A stretch of 60,344 nt of DNA, filler included, from Squatina squatina (Eukaryota), in the NCBI GenBank assembly GCA_031763465.1. It is 4 parts of 3 records of this genome, joined end to end, with 100 filler letters (N's around TTAATTAATTAA, not from the genome) between each part and the next. Parts side by side here need not be neighbours in the genome. Positions count along the whole stretch, not along the records: positions 29,415 to 44,298 come from JARFOE010000115.1; positions 44,399 to 60,344 come from JARFOE010000115.1; 2 more parts are not named here. One strand, 5' to 3'. The position numbers and the translations under genes are program-made. This document shows, in pieces, positions 35,491 through 48,923 of the stretch (the first letter of the stretch is position 1; every line of letters starts with the position of its first letter). A model generated the notes under the pieces. It did no database searches and was not told the origin of the DNA. It was given only the letters and a program-made list of their open reading frames with translations.

Positions 35491-38400
35491 CTGGAACATA
35501 TATTTTATGCTATTCACGTTAATCGACAAATGTCAATTGCCCATCATGAACATGACCTCATGGCGACAATCTGAAACTGACACAGCAATATACGGAAAAC
35601 ACGCATATTTAGAAAACAAGTTGGCAAACGAGATAAAGAATCTTTCGGTTTATTTTGTGAAGTGTAATAGGAATCCCTGCTCGAGTAGGTTGTGGTAGGT
35701 ATTGCATCAATAGAAGGAGCGCTCACTTTCCTTTAATGCCAGATATTTTCTGTCAACACCTCATCAGTTGGACGTGGGGATCCGTAGAACTGTAGCCTTC
35801 CCCACAGCTCACTGTTGGTGCAGAATTTAGTCATCCAACAGGGAGCTGTTCACAAGCTTCTAAGGAGTTGTGTTCTTATCCATCAGCTACTTAGTTAGGG
35901 GGTTGTTTGCTTAACAGAACTGTAACCCCAACAAGCAGCTCCAATAAACATTCAATAGTCTAATGAACAGAGACCTTGCTGGGATTTAAACCCACGGCTG
36001 TAAATACTATTTGCACTGACACCAGTGGGATAATTTTAGCCTCACCTTCCTTGTGAGAAACTGACCGGATCGGATCAGCCACCTATTTTGACTCCGCCCA
36101 ATTTACTCTCCATTGAAATTAATTGCATGTAAAATCAGGTGGGGTATGAAACAAGCAGCCTGTTTGCTACCGTGCATTTTTTGCCTGTCTATAAAGTTAA
36201 AATTACCCCTTTTTTGTGGGTAATACAGCAGTGTACTAAATGTAAGCACAGGGAAAGAAGAAGAGGAGGAATGTGGGAAATTGGCTGGTTGGTGGCACCA
36301 CACCTCCAAATTTGGCACCTCCAATGCCTTTCACAGTTTCTCTTAGGAACTGAGGGCCAGCATCTCATGGAAGTGAGGATCTTGGTATTGCAGGTTCCCT
36401 GTCTGAGTTCTCTTGCGCTGGTTATGTGCAGCCTTGCCTGTAAGCGGAACACAGTGAAGAATATTAGAGGAACTCATCCAACACCCCAAACAGCAGCCCT
36501 ATACCACAATACCTCCCTCCTCTGACCACTTCATTACCAGAAGGCTAGCGTGGTCTTTGTGGTGACAGTACTGAGTTACAGGAAAACTTTCAGATACTAA
36601 GGGAAAGTTATTAAGCTGGCCCACTGCAAATGAGCGTAACATTTCGTAATGCATGCAAGAGTGTTGAGGGAAGGCAACATAATGTTCTCATCCTGTATCC
36701 CTGAGGGCATAGCAGCTCCAAATCTTATGTGGCACATATTCCAGGGGAAAAGGCAGAATGCGTGCNNNNNNNNNNNNNNNNNNNNNNNNNNNNNNNNNNN
36801 NNNNNNNNNNNNNNNNNNNNNNNNNNNNNNNNNNNNNNNNNNNNNNNNNNNNNNNNNNNNNNNNNAGTGTGATGAAGCTGGATAGCTCTTTGTCGGCCGG
36901 CACAGACACGATGGGCCGAATGGCCTCCTTCTGTGCTGTAAATTGCTATGGTTCTATGATTTCTAGCAGAAAACACTTTTAGCTCTCAAGTAGTGAAACT
37001 CAGGGTATTTTGAAGGCTGCTGTCAAATTCACTTGTTGCCTACATCCAAAATTTAATGAAAGAAGAAGAAATGATTCCGAATGTTTGGCACAGATCAGAA
37101 ACTATGCCATCAACACTTTCAAGTATTCAAGGGCAAAATAAAGTATCTGTGTAGTTTTTGAAAGTTTGTTCAAAGGCTGCTATAAATAAAAGATACATTC
37201 TATGGTAGTGTATATTTTTCCAATTTTACTTTTAGTGTTTGAATATGCTTAATTCTTGCAAATATTACATGATCATAAAGAAATTGTTTTTCATAGCTTA
37301 ATGGTTTGGGCATGAAAGGATCTTCTGTTATGTCATAAAATATGTGCTGGAAAATTATACTGCAGTAAAATCTAACATATGTTATTTTTATTACTGTAGA
37401 ATCTCAGGGCTAGACACTTCTATGTAAGAGGCCATTTTGTGCCACTAGAATTGCTCGTCAAACATTTACAGTAATATAGGGTGAAATATGTTGTTTTAGT
37501 GCTGGCTACAGCATACTTTATTTCATACATTTGGATATTTATCAGATTTTTAAATGATTTTCAGCATTTCAGTGTTATTTATATTGACGTTTCTAATTTT
37601 GTGTTATAGCCATTTTCGAGATGCAGATAACTTTTGGTCTCACGAGGTTTAGATTTCTGAGATTCCATTATACTCTATGGGGGATTTCTATCTGTCTGCT
37701 GTCCGTTTCTCACCTGCAGAACCGGCGATTGGCAAAGGAAAATCTGTTGTGGATCTTAGATGCACATTTCTCCGCCTGATTTAATTTTCAGGCAGGGCTT
37801 TTAAATGGCACCAGTATTCCTGCCCAAAACAGGCGTGAGTCTGTTTAAATATGCAAATCAGGATCCTATGCTGGTTGTAGAACCCGAATTGCAATTTTAA
37901 TGTACAAATGGATGAAGCATACAAAGTGAACACTTTTCCCAGGTGTTGAGCAGCCTAACCAGGGGTCCTGAAAGGAACCATTGGAGGCTGTTTAGAAGAA
38001 CAAGTTTTGCTTTTTTAAAGATTTTTGTCAGAGTAGGAGGATCATTTGTGCTCTTCCTGGCCCCAAAAAAGAGTTCAGGCCTGGTGCAGGCCTATTCTTA
38101 CCCCGCACCTGCTCCTCCCCCCCACCACACACACAGACACACTCCTCTCAACAGGCTCTAACTACTGGCTGGTTCTGTGCAGAGTGTGGGTGATTTTCTA
38201 ATTCAAAAAATCCGATAGCGTCCATAATTCACCAATAAAATTTAATGAGACCCGAGCCTGAAAGTTATTGAGGCGTTCCGACTATGGCTTTGGGCGGGAG
38301 CCTTTGGTGCATTGCTGATATTGTACTCATTTTGCACCTAACTTGTAAATCTTGCCCTATGTGGCTTGCTAGTTTTGGTACCTATGGGAATAAGAAAATA

Positions 38401-40832
38401 AACTGCCTAGTTTCTGAACATTTCCATAAGAGTTTAATATTTGTAATAAAAAGAATTTATATATCGAAGTATTTAAGTTATTACATTTGTAAACATCAGT
38501 TCATAACTGCCACCACCGTTGCAGAACCTTGAATAATTATTTCCAATGGTATCATTAATGCTACTTTGGTAATTATGTCTATTATAGTTCACTTTTTAGT
38601 CTAAAGTGACAACCCACCCCCTCAAGGCAGGATGTAAGGAGACTTGACAAATTTGCATTAAATTATTTCAGTTATGCTGCTCACTTTTCAATTTGATCCA
38701 ATTTATATTTTTCCTGCAATGTGATGTGATGTTTATTATTCTGGAAGGTGTCATTTCAAATGCAGTGGTAATGATGAATGAGACAGAAACCATGTGGAAC
38801 CCGAAAGCAGGGGAAATATGGCGTCATTCCAAATATACTTCACTTCTTGGGAGGAAACTGCCATCAGACTGTTTGAAGAGTGGAGTGAAAATGGCAATAG
38901 CGAAGTATTTGATCATGCCTCCACATTTCCTGTTTGATTGGAACCTGCATCTCCTAGGTCAAGAGACAAGACTTTCCATTTTTCTGGAAAATATGTGTCT
39001 TGTATATAGTGTATTTTCCCATCTGTACTTTATACTGCCACTTCAAGAATTGAGAACTGGAATAGTATTGATAGTGGTGCTATTAATGATGCCTTCTATA
39101 CTTTTTGGGGTGATGTTTTATTGGGTTGCTGTGGAATTATTGGGGGTGAAATTGGTCTCGGTAGTGCCTGTTTCTTGGGTACTACGAGTGCCCTTNNNNN
39201 NNNNNNNNNNNNNNNNNNNNNNNNNNNNNNNNNNNNNNNNNNNNNNNNNNNNNNNNNNNNNNNNNNNNNNNNNNNNNNNNNNNNNNNNNNNNNNNCATAA
39301 TCTCATGCACATGTACTGGTGCTCATTGATACATTCTGTCTATAACTGGTGTACAAAACTATCTCTGCCGAGACCGCTGCGAGTGAATAAGCAACAGAAA
39401 GATAATATATTCATACTTCAACTGAGGGCCAGTTCAAAACTCAGTAGAAAAAGATGTTATTTAACTCCTAGGCCTCACTTAAATACCATGGGCTGGTTTC
39501 CCAGCAAGCGGCGCAAAGTTACGCAGCCCAGACACCATCTGCCAGACTAGTCGGTCCACGGGTTGATTTCTGGGCCGTGCCACCTGGGTCCCTGTGATCT
39601 GGAGGAGTGCAGCAGAGTCGTCCGATGTCCTTGTAGGGCCAGGAGGCGCATTGCTCACCCGGAAGCGATGTACACATAAATTGCTGTCTCACACTGACAC
39701 ATCAATCCCTTTCTGTGATTGGTGTATCTGTTGATTTCCCCTCCCTTTACTTCTTTTTAATCTAATTTTTCAGCCTCACTAACATGCCTGTTTATCTTTC
39801 AGGCTTCAATTCTAACAAAGGAAACACACCCATAATATCATAACTGTCTTTTTTCTTGACCTGCTGTGTACTTTGAGCATTTCCTGCCTTTATTTCGGAC
39901 TTCCATTATTTGCAGTTATCCTTTTTAATTTTATTCTATTGGGACATTATGTTGGGTTCCTGAATTCTGTTTGGTTAAATATATGCAAGCTCACAATTCT
40001 GACCTAACAGTCACTTCTATTCGGTACCGGAGAATAAGAAAGAAGCAAATTTTGTTCCTTTATAAATGATTGCAACAGCCCTGATCAGTTGAGTGCAACC
40101 ATTACAATATTTGCAACACATCGTACTTTCAAGGTAAATATCAGCCACCTCTGTAGCTGTCAAGGACGTCTGTTGGATCCCAAATGCTTTATATGTATAG
40201 GGAGAAAGTGGTTGTTTTCATGTTTTTTTCTAAATGCAAACAAACCATTGTGGAAGATCGATGTGCTTTCAGTTTTCTGAATAACCCCTGTAAATGTCCA
40301 ATTTGAAATTGTTCCTGCAGCTTGTGAAGTGTCTCCTCCAGGCTCCCTCTTGTGCTATTGAATTGCAGAGCTGACGCCTTGCACTTCTGGAGCCTTGCAC
40401 TTCTTGCAATGCTGCTGTCGAATCAAAGTAATAATATCCAATTCAAGACATATGCTAATATCCTAGCCATTCTACAATTATTTCCCCTTCTATTAATGAG
40501 ATAATAGATGTGTTTAAAAAAGGAATCCGCTTATAAAACTTAGATGTTTAGGCTTTCTCAGAGCTTTGTTTACCACCTGCAATTATTTACAAGTGATCTG
40601 GTATTGTTAAAAACAAACTTATAATTATGCTGTCCAGACTTACTGCCTTGCACCAGTGCACTTTTTTGGGAAGGAATGGCGCCTGCAGACAGAGTCGAAC
40701 AGATTATTTACATATTCAACATTAGAGTTACTTATCTTAAGGTAGGANNNNNNNNNNNNNNNNNNNNNNNNNNNNNNNNNNNNNNNNNNNNNNNNNNNNN
40801 NNNNNNNNNNNNNNNNNNNNNNNNNNNTAAGT

Positions 40833-41000
40833 GAGCTGAGAGTGATGTGGTGGATAAGAATACTGTCCTTTCACCTTGAAGACCTGTATTTGAATCCAGA
40901 CCAGACAAATGGAATAAAAGTCCCATTTCTCTTCCTGACAGCTGCTAAGAGTGCTTAGTGAAATAAGTTGGAGTGGTCTCAATGTAGTTTCCAGCGGATG
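40833..41000 (+). mobile_element. LF-SINE-like 5' fragment
   Basis: Colinear motifs CCTTTCACCT, TTGAATCCAG.CCAG, AAAGTC, GTGAAAT.AGTTGG..TGGTCTCA and AGTT.C.AG.GGA agree with the LF-SINE consensus as I recall it. Confidence 0.6.
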
Positions 41001-42441
41001 AAAATTCATAGGGCAGTTGTGCCCTCACAATTTATAAGTGGCACGTGAAATAAATGTTAAAAGATTCACATTTAGTTTAAAACTTGCTTGATTTTACATG
41101 ATTCTGAAAAATACAAGCTTTAACCTGAGGGATTAGATGAATGTGTTTTGGTTTCCTTCATGATTTCTGTCGATGCCACTCCATAGTAAATCAAGCTATG
41201 GCACATTTATTACATGACAATAGCTTTTAGTCTGTTCCCTCTTCTGCAAAGTAGCCCACAAAGTAGCTCAGCTAAAGAGTGATGCTAAAATTGTCATATG
41301 CAATGTAGCTCTTCAACTTGAATATTGGGTCGTGTTGGGTCTCAGACATATATCCATAGTTCTTAGTTATACATCAAATGGCACTGTAATAATTCTGTAA
41401 GAATTGAAAGCTTTCATGTAGTTACACTCCATTAGCCTGTGTTTGGACCACTGTTCAGTTATTGCATTCATATTTAAGTGAGAAAGTTAGTGCTGCCATT
41501 TCTTAAATTTTTTATGATGCAGCGGTTAACATGAAGCTATCAGAAAAATACACATTTCATCTCAACATTAAAACACATTAGACAGTTGTAATCACCATGG
41601 TAAACACACCTCACCATGTTATTACACAGGAGACCACAANNNNNNNNNNNNNNNNNNNNNNNNNNNNNNNNNNNNNNNNNNNNNNNNNNNNNNNNNNNNN
41701 NNNNNNNNNNNNNNNNNNNNNNNNNNNNNNNNNNNNNNNGACAGCCGGAGTCCATTTGCATGATACTACCATCACTTAGGACAGTTCACATAATTGAGTG
41801 GGTGTTCTGTAGGTGCCCTCAAAGCAATGTGGGGGCTATCGATTGCAACCTGGACCTTGGGGAAACTGGCTACACAATAAAATTGTATGGCTCTGTCTCT
41901 CTGCTGCCTTACTGGAATTCCTGCTGGGCTACTGTTTTGTAAAGGACGTCAGTGGCCTGACACATTCATGCCCATACTGCTCCCTATCTGAAGTTGCAGA
42001 CAGTCAGCCCTGGCTGCCGGAAATGACCCGGAAATGCTGCAGAAGTCAAGAAGAAGCAAAGGAAATGTCTTCCACCTGAATTTCCTTGCTAAAAAAGTTC
42101 CCGTGCCTGCACGGTAAGTATGTGAAGATCGGCAAGCAAGTTCACTCCCCCAACTCATACATTCGAGAGCAAACTGCCAGTCTGCTGGGAAATTACATGC
42201 CATAATGTTTCCATTTTTAGCTCTAAAACCTGCCCAAGTGTATCTGTCATAAGATTCAAACAACAAGATGTAAGTGCCCTTAATGCATGTTGTGAAGAAA
42301 TGAGTTTGTGTTTTCATAAGCAGAGAGAAATTAGATAAGCATTTACTTGCACTTAACCCAGCTGAGGCCCTGAGCACTCGCTCCAGTTTGAGGGAATGAG
42401 TACTTCCATATAAATGAACTTTATAACCAGAGAGTTACAGC

Positions 42442-42672
42442 TTGTTTTGTCTTTGCATTGCAAGTTGTATGGATATTAGTGAGGGAGAGGAAAAAATGCA
42501 GTTATTTATTTTTTTAACAACTTTCTTTACAATGTGTGTGTTTTTATGCATTGCAAGTTGTATGGCTATTAGTGAGAGAGAGGAAAAATGCATTTATTTA
42601 TTAACAACTTTCTTTTCAATGTGTGTGTTTTTTTGCATTGCAAGTTGTATGGATATTAGTGGGAGAGAAAAA
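42442..42672. repeat. About 2.5 tandem copies of a ~90-bp unit
   Basis: TGCATTGCAAGTTGTATGG(A/C)TATTAGTG occurs three times, with shared GAAAAATGCA..TATTTA..TTAACAACTTTCTTT.CAATGTGTGTG. Confidence 0.85.
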
Positions 42673-44019
42673 AGGTGGGATTTCCCCTTTCACTGCCCCC
42701 ACCCCGAACTGACACAAGCGGACCCGATGAAGGGCGCTTTTGCAAATCTACTGGTCGCCCTTTGCCATTGTTTTTTTTACATATAAAAGAATGCGTTTGT
42801 TTCATTCCAAACTTTCCTTCAATGCATCGCATTGCATTGCAACGTAAAAGTTAAGGTGGACTCCCTAACTTAGCTGGCAAGAANNNNNNNNNNNNNNNNN
42901 NNNNNNNNNNNNNNNNNNNNNNNNNNNNNNNNNNNNNNNNNNNNNNNNNNNNNNNNNNNNNNNNNNNNNNNNNNNNNNNNNNNACACTATCACACAAAGT
43001 CAAGCTCTACGTCCTAAGATTCTAAGTATGATTTTGCTCGTCACTACGAAAGTTAGCTTCTGTCATGCCTGTTGTCAGCGGTGGGGAATGTTTTTAAAGG
43101 AAGCCATGATTCATTTTTCCAATGGTGATTTTGTGGGAAATATCCCTGCTTTGTGCTTTATGGATGTTGGATTTGCTTGAAATGCATATCTACCTTGACA
43201 TATAAAAAAATGTGTGCTGACATATCCACTCCCCTGAGCTTAGCAGTAACCAATGCTGGAAAGAATAGAAATTCCGATGTTGCAGCAAGCCTGTTTTCTT
43301 GCACTATCATTAGGTACTATTGTAAAGGTGCTTCTCATGCAATTCAAAATTGGGGCTGTTGAACTTCCCCATTGATAAACAAAAATGTGAACCCTTGAAA
43401 GGTCACCTGAAACATATTTTATGTTGAAGCAATTTTTCTCTTGAATTACCTACTCTTTTACCAAAAAAAGACCTGAGGGATTTTTTTTTAATGGAGCAAT
43501 CCAAGCATCACAAATCACAGTAGACATTTTAATGCAGGGCGTGAATCATTTATTGTTGAATTTCATATCACATCAGGGAGATTTGCTGTTTATTTAAAAG
43601 GTGAAAATAGGACACGTCAGCATATGGGACTATTACAGAATGTAGTAACCACTTCACTAGAATATTAGGTTTACCATAAAGACCTTAGCAAAGGACTAAG
43701 TCTTGCCTAATAAAATGTTCTGTTTGAAATTCATTTTTGAAATGATTTTGCTTAATATTTAAAATAATTGTTTACTAGCTGCAGCTATTGCATGTTTTCT
43801 TCATTCATCGAATGCTGCCTAACTGTGAGTATAGACCTATGTTTCTGTTTCTACCATCCCGGAAATGATTTGTTTAAACCAGTTTATGCTAGCGGAGAAA
43901 TTATCAAAGCGACTGAAAAGTTTATAGTGTGAACTGTGTAGGAAGGCCTTAATGAGGGAATGGGTCAAGGCCCCCTTTGTTTGTTCAAGTACCATTTTCA
44001 ACTTTTCTTGAAATGTATT

Positions 44020-44235
44020 CCCTAGTCGTAGAAATTTGTAACTTTCTCCCCCAAAAGGCTGCAGATGCTAGGACAATTGAAGCTTTCAAGCCTGAGATAG
44101 ATTTTTGTTAGGTAAGGGTAGCGAGGGATATGGAGCAAAGACGGGAAAAATGAGTTGAGTTGCAGATCATTCATGATCTAATTGAATGGCAGAGCAGGCC
44201 TGAGGGGCTGCGTAGCCGACTCCTGTCCTAATGAT
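44020..44235 (+). mobile_element. CR1-type LINE 3' end
   Basis: TTTCAAGCCTGAGATAGATTTTTG...GATCTAATTGAATGGCAGAGCAGGCCTGAGGGGCTG...ACTCCTG, similar to 52780-52945. Confidence 0.65.
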
Positions 44236-44298
44236 TGGTTGAATGATAAAGATTTGTTAATTCCCAAAATTAATTCTGTCAATATGTATTATTTTTAA

Positions 44299-44398
44299 NN
44301 NNNNNNNNNNNNNNNNNNNNNNNNNNNNNNNNNNNNNNNNNNTTAATTAATTAANNNNNNNNNNNNNNNNNNNNNNNNNNNNNNNNNNNNNNNNNNNN
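44299..44398. other. Artificial scaffold linker N44-TTAATTAATTAA-N44
   Basis: Identical structure to the other two linkers. Confidence 0.95.
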
Positions 44399-44910
44399 CC
44401 TCTATGCGTGTTAGATCACAAGCTTTATTTTAAAGGAGGTATTCATATTATTGCTCCGCTGCACACAAGTGGAAACCTGGAGAATGAAAATTACATCATG
44501 TGCTCAGAGACAAAGAAAGCCAAATAAGTTGATTGCTATTGGATAACATAAATACTAAGATAATGGAACTGAAATAGCCTGCAGATGCTTGTATACAGAG
44601 TTAACTGACAGTGTGCTACTAAAACCAGGCATTGTATTATTTAATCTTAATGATCATACTTTGAATATAGTCTTTCCTCATTTCCTTTCTTCGCATCTTC
44701 TTGTATTGATCTCTGTCTTTTAATCTCTTTTTTTTAAAAGAAAGAGAAAGATATTCAGAAATTGGTTAAAATTATCAACTCCACCTTGAGCATAGGAAAT
44801 GATTTATACAGAGGAGGTTAATTTCAGTCTTGTTAAAAAGCTTTTCTGACAGCTAATCAGAATTAAATGCTATATAGCATTTTAACATTCTTATCTTAAG
44901 AGTTCCTCAC

Positions 44911-45049
44911 CTGGTCTGCTTTCCACATACTGACTAAATGACTGTAGATGGGTTCGTCTCACGGCTGAATCTTTATTGAACACCACAGGACTCCGCAAAC
45001 GTTCAGTAGCTTTACGCAAGCGCTCAGCACGATGATCTTCCATTTCATT
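44911..45049 (-). CDS. EHBP1: EHBP1 (EH domain-binding protein 1), exon upstream of the bMERB domain
   Basis: cctgacag|...|gtgagg, 139 nt. Encodes NEMEDHRAERLRKATERLRSPVVFNKDSAVRRTHLQSFSQYVESRP versus human TERFRNPVVFSKDSTVRKTQLQSFSQYIENRP. Not in the ORF track. Confidence 0.93.
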
Positions 45050-47689
45050 CTGTCAGGAATGACCAATTAATTTTTTCTATCATTATCCAACATTTGTTTA
45101 AATTTATATCCCAATTTAATAAAAAATGTCTAATTCCTATATATTTGCAAAGGGGAGCTACGGAACAAAAAAATCATCTCGTTCCCGTCAAAGAATCTTT
45201 AAGCCATGATTTATATCTGCACTATATTAAATACTAACATCTAAAGTAATTGCTTTGTCCCCTTATTCTAGCCTGCTACAATACTAAATAGGAAATGACC
45301 AACTTACCCGCTAGTTTCTCGCACTTCTCCGACAAGAGCTAGTTTCTAATATTGTGCCAATTGAAATAACACATTATGACANNNNNNNNNNNNNNNNNNN
45401 NNNNNNNNNNNNNNNNNNNNNNNNNNNNNNNNNNNNNNNNNNNNNNNNNNNNNNNNNNNNNNNNNNNNNNNNNNNNNNGATTTTAATAATCTAATTTTCA
45501 GCTTGCTTTTTCTAGACCTCCAATATTTATGCATCTGAATCCAGCATAGCATTCTGTCAAAACAAAATGTTCCCAGGGGACCCAACAACTGCGGTGTGTG
45601 GAAATAGCAGATACCAGGGTATGTTGTACCCAAAATATTGCATTCTACTGCTAATCTTGTATTATTTCTAAGTGTTTTGAAAGTAAATAGAAAAAGGCTG
45701 AGATGCATGACTAATAGCTTAGCCTGCTGAATGTTGAAACTGGTTATCAAATGCTACCAAGGCTGTGCCCTTTCTCTGCATTATGACAATCAGTAATGAG
45801 GGGGTCCTCTAATGGCCTATTCTCTTGCCTTAAGGAGGTGTGGGATACAGAATCCTCAAGAGAAGGTAACAGTTTACCCTCTCCTACAATCACAGAATGC
45901 CTCATTTACAAATATCTAAACTGCATTACAAACGCATTGAATCTGCAGTCAATTGCTTCTTGTGAGCAGAACAGCTTTGGGACTCTTTTTTTAAATTACA
46001 AAAAAAATTCCACCCTGACTGAAGCTCATAATCAAGTTATTAAAATGGCTTTTTAAAGTCTTGTTGGCATTACACAGGTGAATGTTGTTATGGTCATAAA
46101 TAATGTAACAAAAATATTGCACTTACATGCTGCTTTTTAAAGAATGTAAATGCATTATGCAGACCATTTTTTCTCAATTGTACAGTAGCTTGTGCAAAAG
46201 TATTACAACTCAACAGATGAAACAGTCGAATAGAATATGGAGTAATAGCGGTTGTAAATATATGTAGAAATATGAACTAAAAAGGATAATATTTAAAGAC
46301 TAATTACTGGCAAACTGGATTCTTTGATTTCCCCCCTGAAAACTCAAATAGCAACAAAACAAAAATATGTTGAGGCTTTTCAAACTCACTTACAGCATTG
46401 TTAAATCTAATAAAATATATTTCCTCCATAACATGTTACCAAGGCCTAGCGTTTGTGAACAAATACAGATCATTCTAAGCCTAGTAAGGTGTAAAAATAT
46501 CAGTGTGATTAGCTAGCAAATCCCATTTTAGGAAACCTTTTTATGGCAAGGGACTTCTGCCACTTTACAAATTTATTCCTCTAAGCTGGGTTAATTCAGT
46601 TAGCTTGCCAATCCATTGTGTTTTTCTCAAGCCAGCTTCATATCGCATTAAATCCACTGCAGAAAGCTAAATTGAATGAAAAATCAGACTTGATCTGAGC
46701 GCCTCTTTGTTTAAAGAAAACACCACAAGTCTTCTGCTGCTACCTCACTTTCATCGCTGACGTATAGGAACTGACAGTGTAAGGGAAAGCAATGAAAGTC
46801 ATTGTTTTTCAACTTCAAAGACACTCCTGTGGAAGGAAATCCTTTCAGTCAGCATTGGCAGTCCCCAAAGATGTTGCAGGTGGGTGACAAGTTATACAAC
46901 CAAATTTGCTCCTAAGCTAGAAATATACTGTTAACAAATAAAGCACCATGAAAATTCTTAAATTAGACTGATGCAATGGTTTGACCACTTTCATAATTCA
47001 TGCTAAATAATGTGAAAAAATAACTTGACAAATAGTGAAAACAGCATAAACTACACAGAAACTTTAGAGCAGCTTGTGGTTTTCACTATACCCTAGGTAC
47101 CAAACATTTATTTGAACACTTCGAGACAAAATTCCTATTCTGTTATCATTTATATAAGCACCTAGAAATCTATTTGTTTCAATTGTGTATGGGTAGAACT
47201 ATAGAGCTAACTTCTCCTTGCTGTCTTTCTGATTATATTATGTTGTGTTCACATTATGTGATACTAAACAGTTTGTCAGAATGTTAGCTGCTGCCACACT
47301 TATCAATTGCGATACTCAACTTAGTATGAACAAGTCTGTCAATATGCAAAACAGTTGCAAAATAATTTGGGAAGAAAGTACTAAGTCCAATAGTTATAGC
47401 AATTCTAAGCCTATTGATTGTATGGCTACATCTCAGGTTTACTTGCTGATTTTAAAGCATTTTGCTGGGTGTCTTGATGCTGCCACCTTCTATGGGGAGA
47501 ACAGGTGAGCTGCAGAATTTTCAACAGATTGCTTGTTGTGGTACTGAAATGGCTTGTGATAGTCTTTGCCTGAGCCAGGACCCTACCCAGATTGGGACCC
47601 TAAGCACTTGCAAGTTGTGCCACTTAACTGCATTGTTTTTAAATTACATATTCTACAATACCATTTTTCAGATATGCATTTAGAGGATA

Positions 47690-48090
47690 CACACTACTTC
47701 ACAGGAAGGACTGAACCGGCTGGGGCTGTTTTCTCTAGAAAACAGAAGGCTGAGGGGTGACCTGATAAAGGTCTTTAAGATTCTGAAAGAGTTTGATAGG
47801 GTAGACGGAGAGAAAATGTTTCCATGACCAGAACTAGGCCATAAATACCAATAAATTCAACAGGGAAAGCAGGAGAAATTTCTTTACCGGTTAGAATGTG
47901 GAACTGGCTACCACAAGGAGCAGTTGAGGCGATAGCATATTAAGGGAAAACTCAATAAATACATGAAGGAGAAAGGAATACGTTATACTGATCGAGTTAG
48001 ATGAAGTAGGGTGGGAGGAGGTTCATGGGGAGCATAAACACTGGCATGGACCAGTTGGGTCAAATGGCCTGTTTCTGTGCTGTACACTTG
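47690..48090 (+). mobile_element. CR1-type LINE ORF2 C-terminus and 3' tail, degenerate
   Basis: Translates to LGLFSLENRRLRGDLIKVFKILKEFDRVDGEKMFP, followed by the tail GGGTCAAATGGCCTGTTTCTGTGCTGTA. Confidence 0.8.
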
Positions 48091-48109
48091 ATATCATTTT
48101 CTCCTCCTT

Positions 48110-48410
48110 GAAAAGCATTGACTCATGTTAGGTAGGGTTCCATGTGCACTTTCTGTTCCCATGCTCAACTGGCCATTCTATCATGGGAATGTTCATAGTT
48201 GAACTTGACCCTGTCCACACATGGAAACTCCCCAACAACAGTCACTGAATAGTAATCAGAAATGGCTGACTTTCTCCTCCGCGGGCAAAGGATACTAAAG
48301 TCACCCTTACCGCTGCCCTGATTCAGATCACACTTGGAATTAAACCTGGCAACTACTGGTCTGTTTTGTTCACGACACTACTTTATTCCCATATTGTCTG
48401 AGCCATCAGG
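48110..48410 (-). mobile_element. Old SINE (AmnSINE2-like), degenerate
   Basis: Reverse complement begins CCCTGATGGCTCAG... and follows the order of motifs in 55420-55765. Confidence 0.45.
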
Positions 48411-48792
48411 GTAATGTCCAGAGTTTTTTTTTAAATCTCCATTTCATAATGATGTAAAGTGGATCTCAATGAAGGTTGTACAGTACTGGGCGATAGAGGA
48501 GCGCAACAATACTGACTCTGGGCTGGTGCAATGACAATGTTATTTCATTTGCAGCTGGTGTATTGTATTTGATTTGCTTCCAGGATTGTTCTAGCTTGCA
48601 TAACAGTGCTTTCAGACAAAGACTGAAGGCCCNNNNNNNNNNNNNNNNNNNNNNNNNNNNNNNNNNNNNNNNNNNNNNNNNNNNNNNNNNNNNNNNNNNN
48701 NNNNNNNNNNNNNNNNNNNNNNNNNNNNNNNNTTTCAGATTTCAATAAAACCAGTCCCACTGGCACATCAAAATGTAGATGCCTTAACCAAC

Positions 48793-48923
48793 CTTGAGTT
48801 CTTCTTGTTCCGCACTGTCAGCTGAGACTTTCTGGACAGTGGTAGATAGTGAATTTGCCACCTGCGGTTGAGCCTCTATGAGTTTCTTAAGCTTCATGTC
48901 AACCGACTTGCTATTTTGACTTC
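48793..48923 (-). CDS. EHBP1: EHBP1, preceding exon
   Basis: aatttag|...|gttggt, 131 nt. Encodes SQNSKSVDMKLKKLIEAQPQVANSLSTTVQKVSADSAEQEELK versus human QNSKLVDLKLKKLLEVQPQVANS. Its phase-0 end fits exon 44911-45049. Confidence 0.92.

Noticed and set aside
45308-45345. 38-nt exon candidate inside an EHBP1 intron with a gtaagt donor
   Set aside because: Poor pyrimidine tract, it would shift the frame between two phase-0 exons, and those exons already join as in human.
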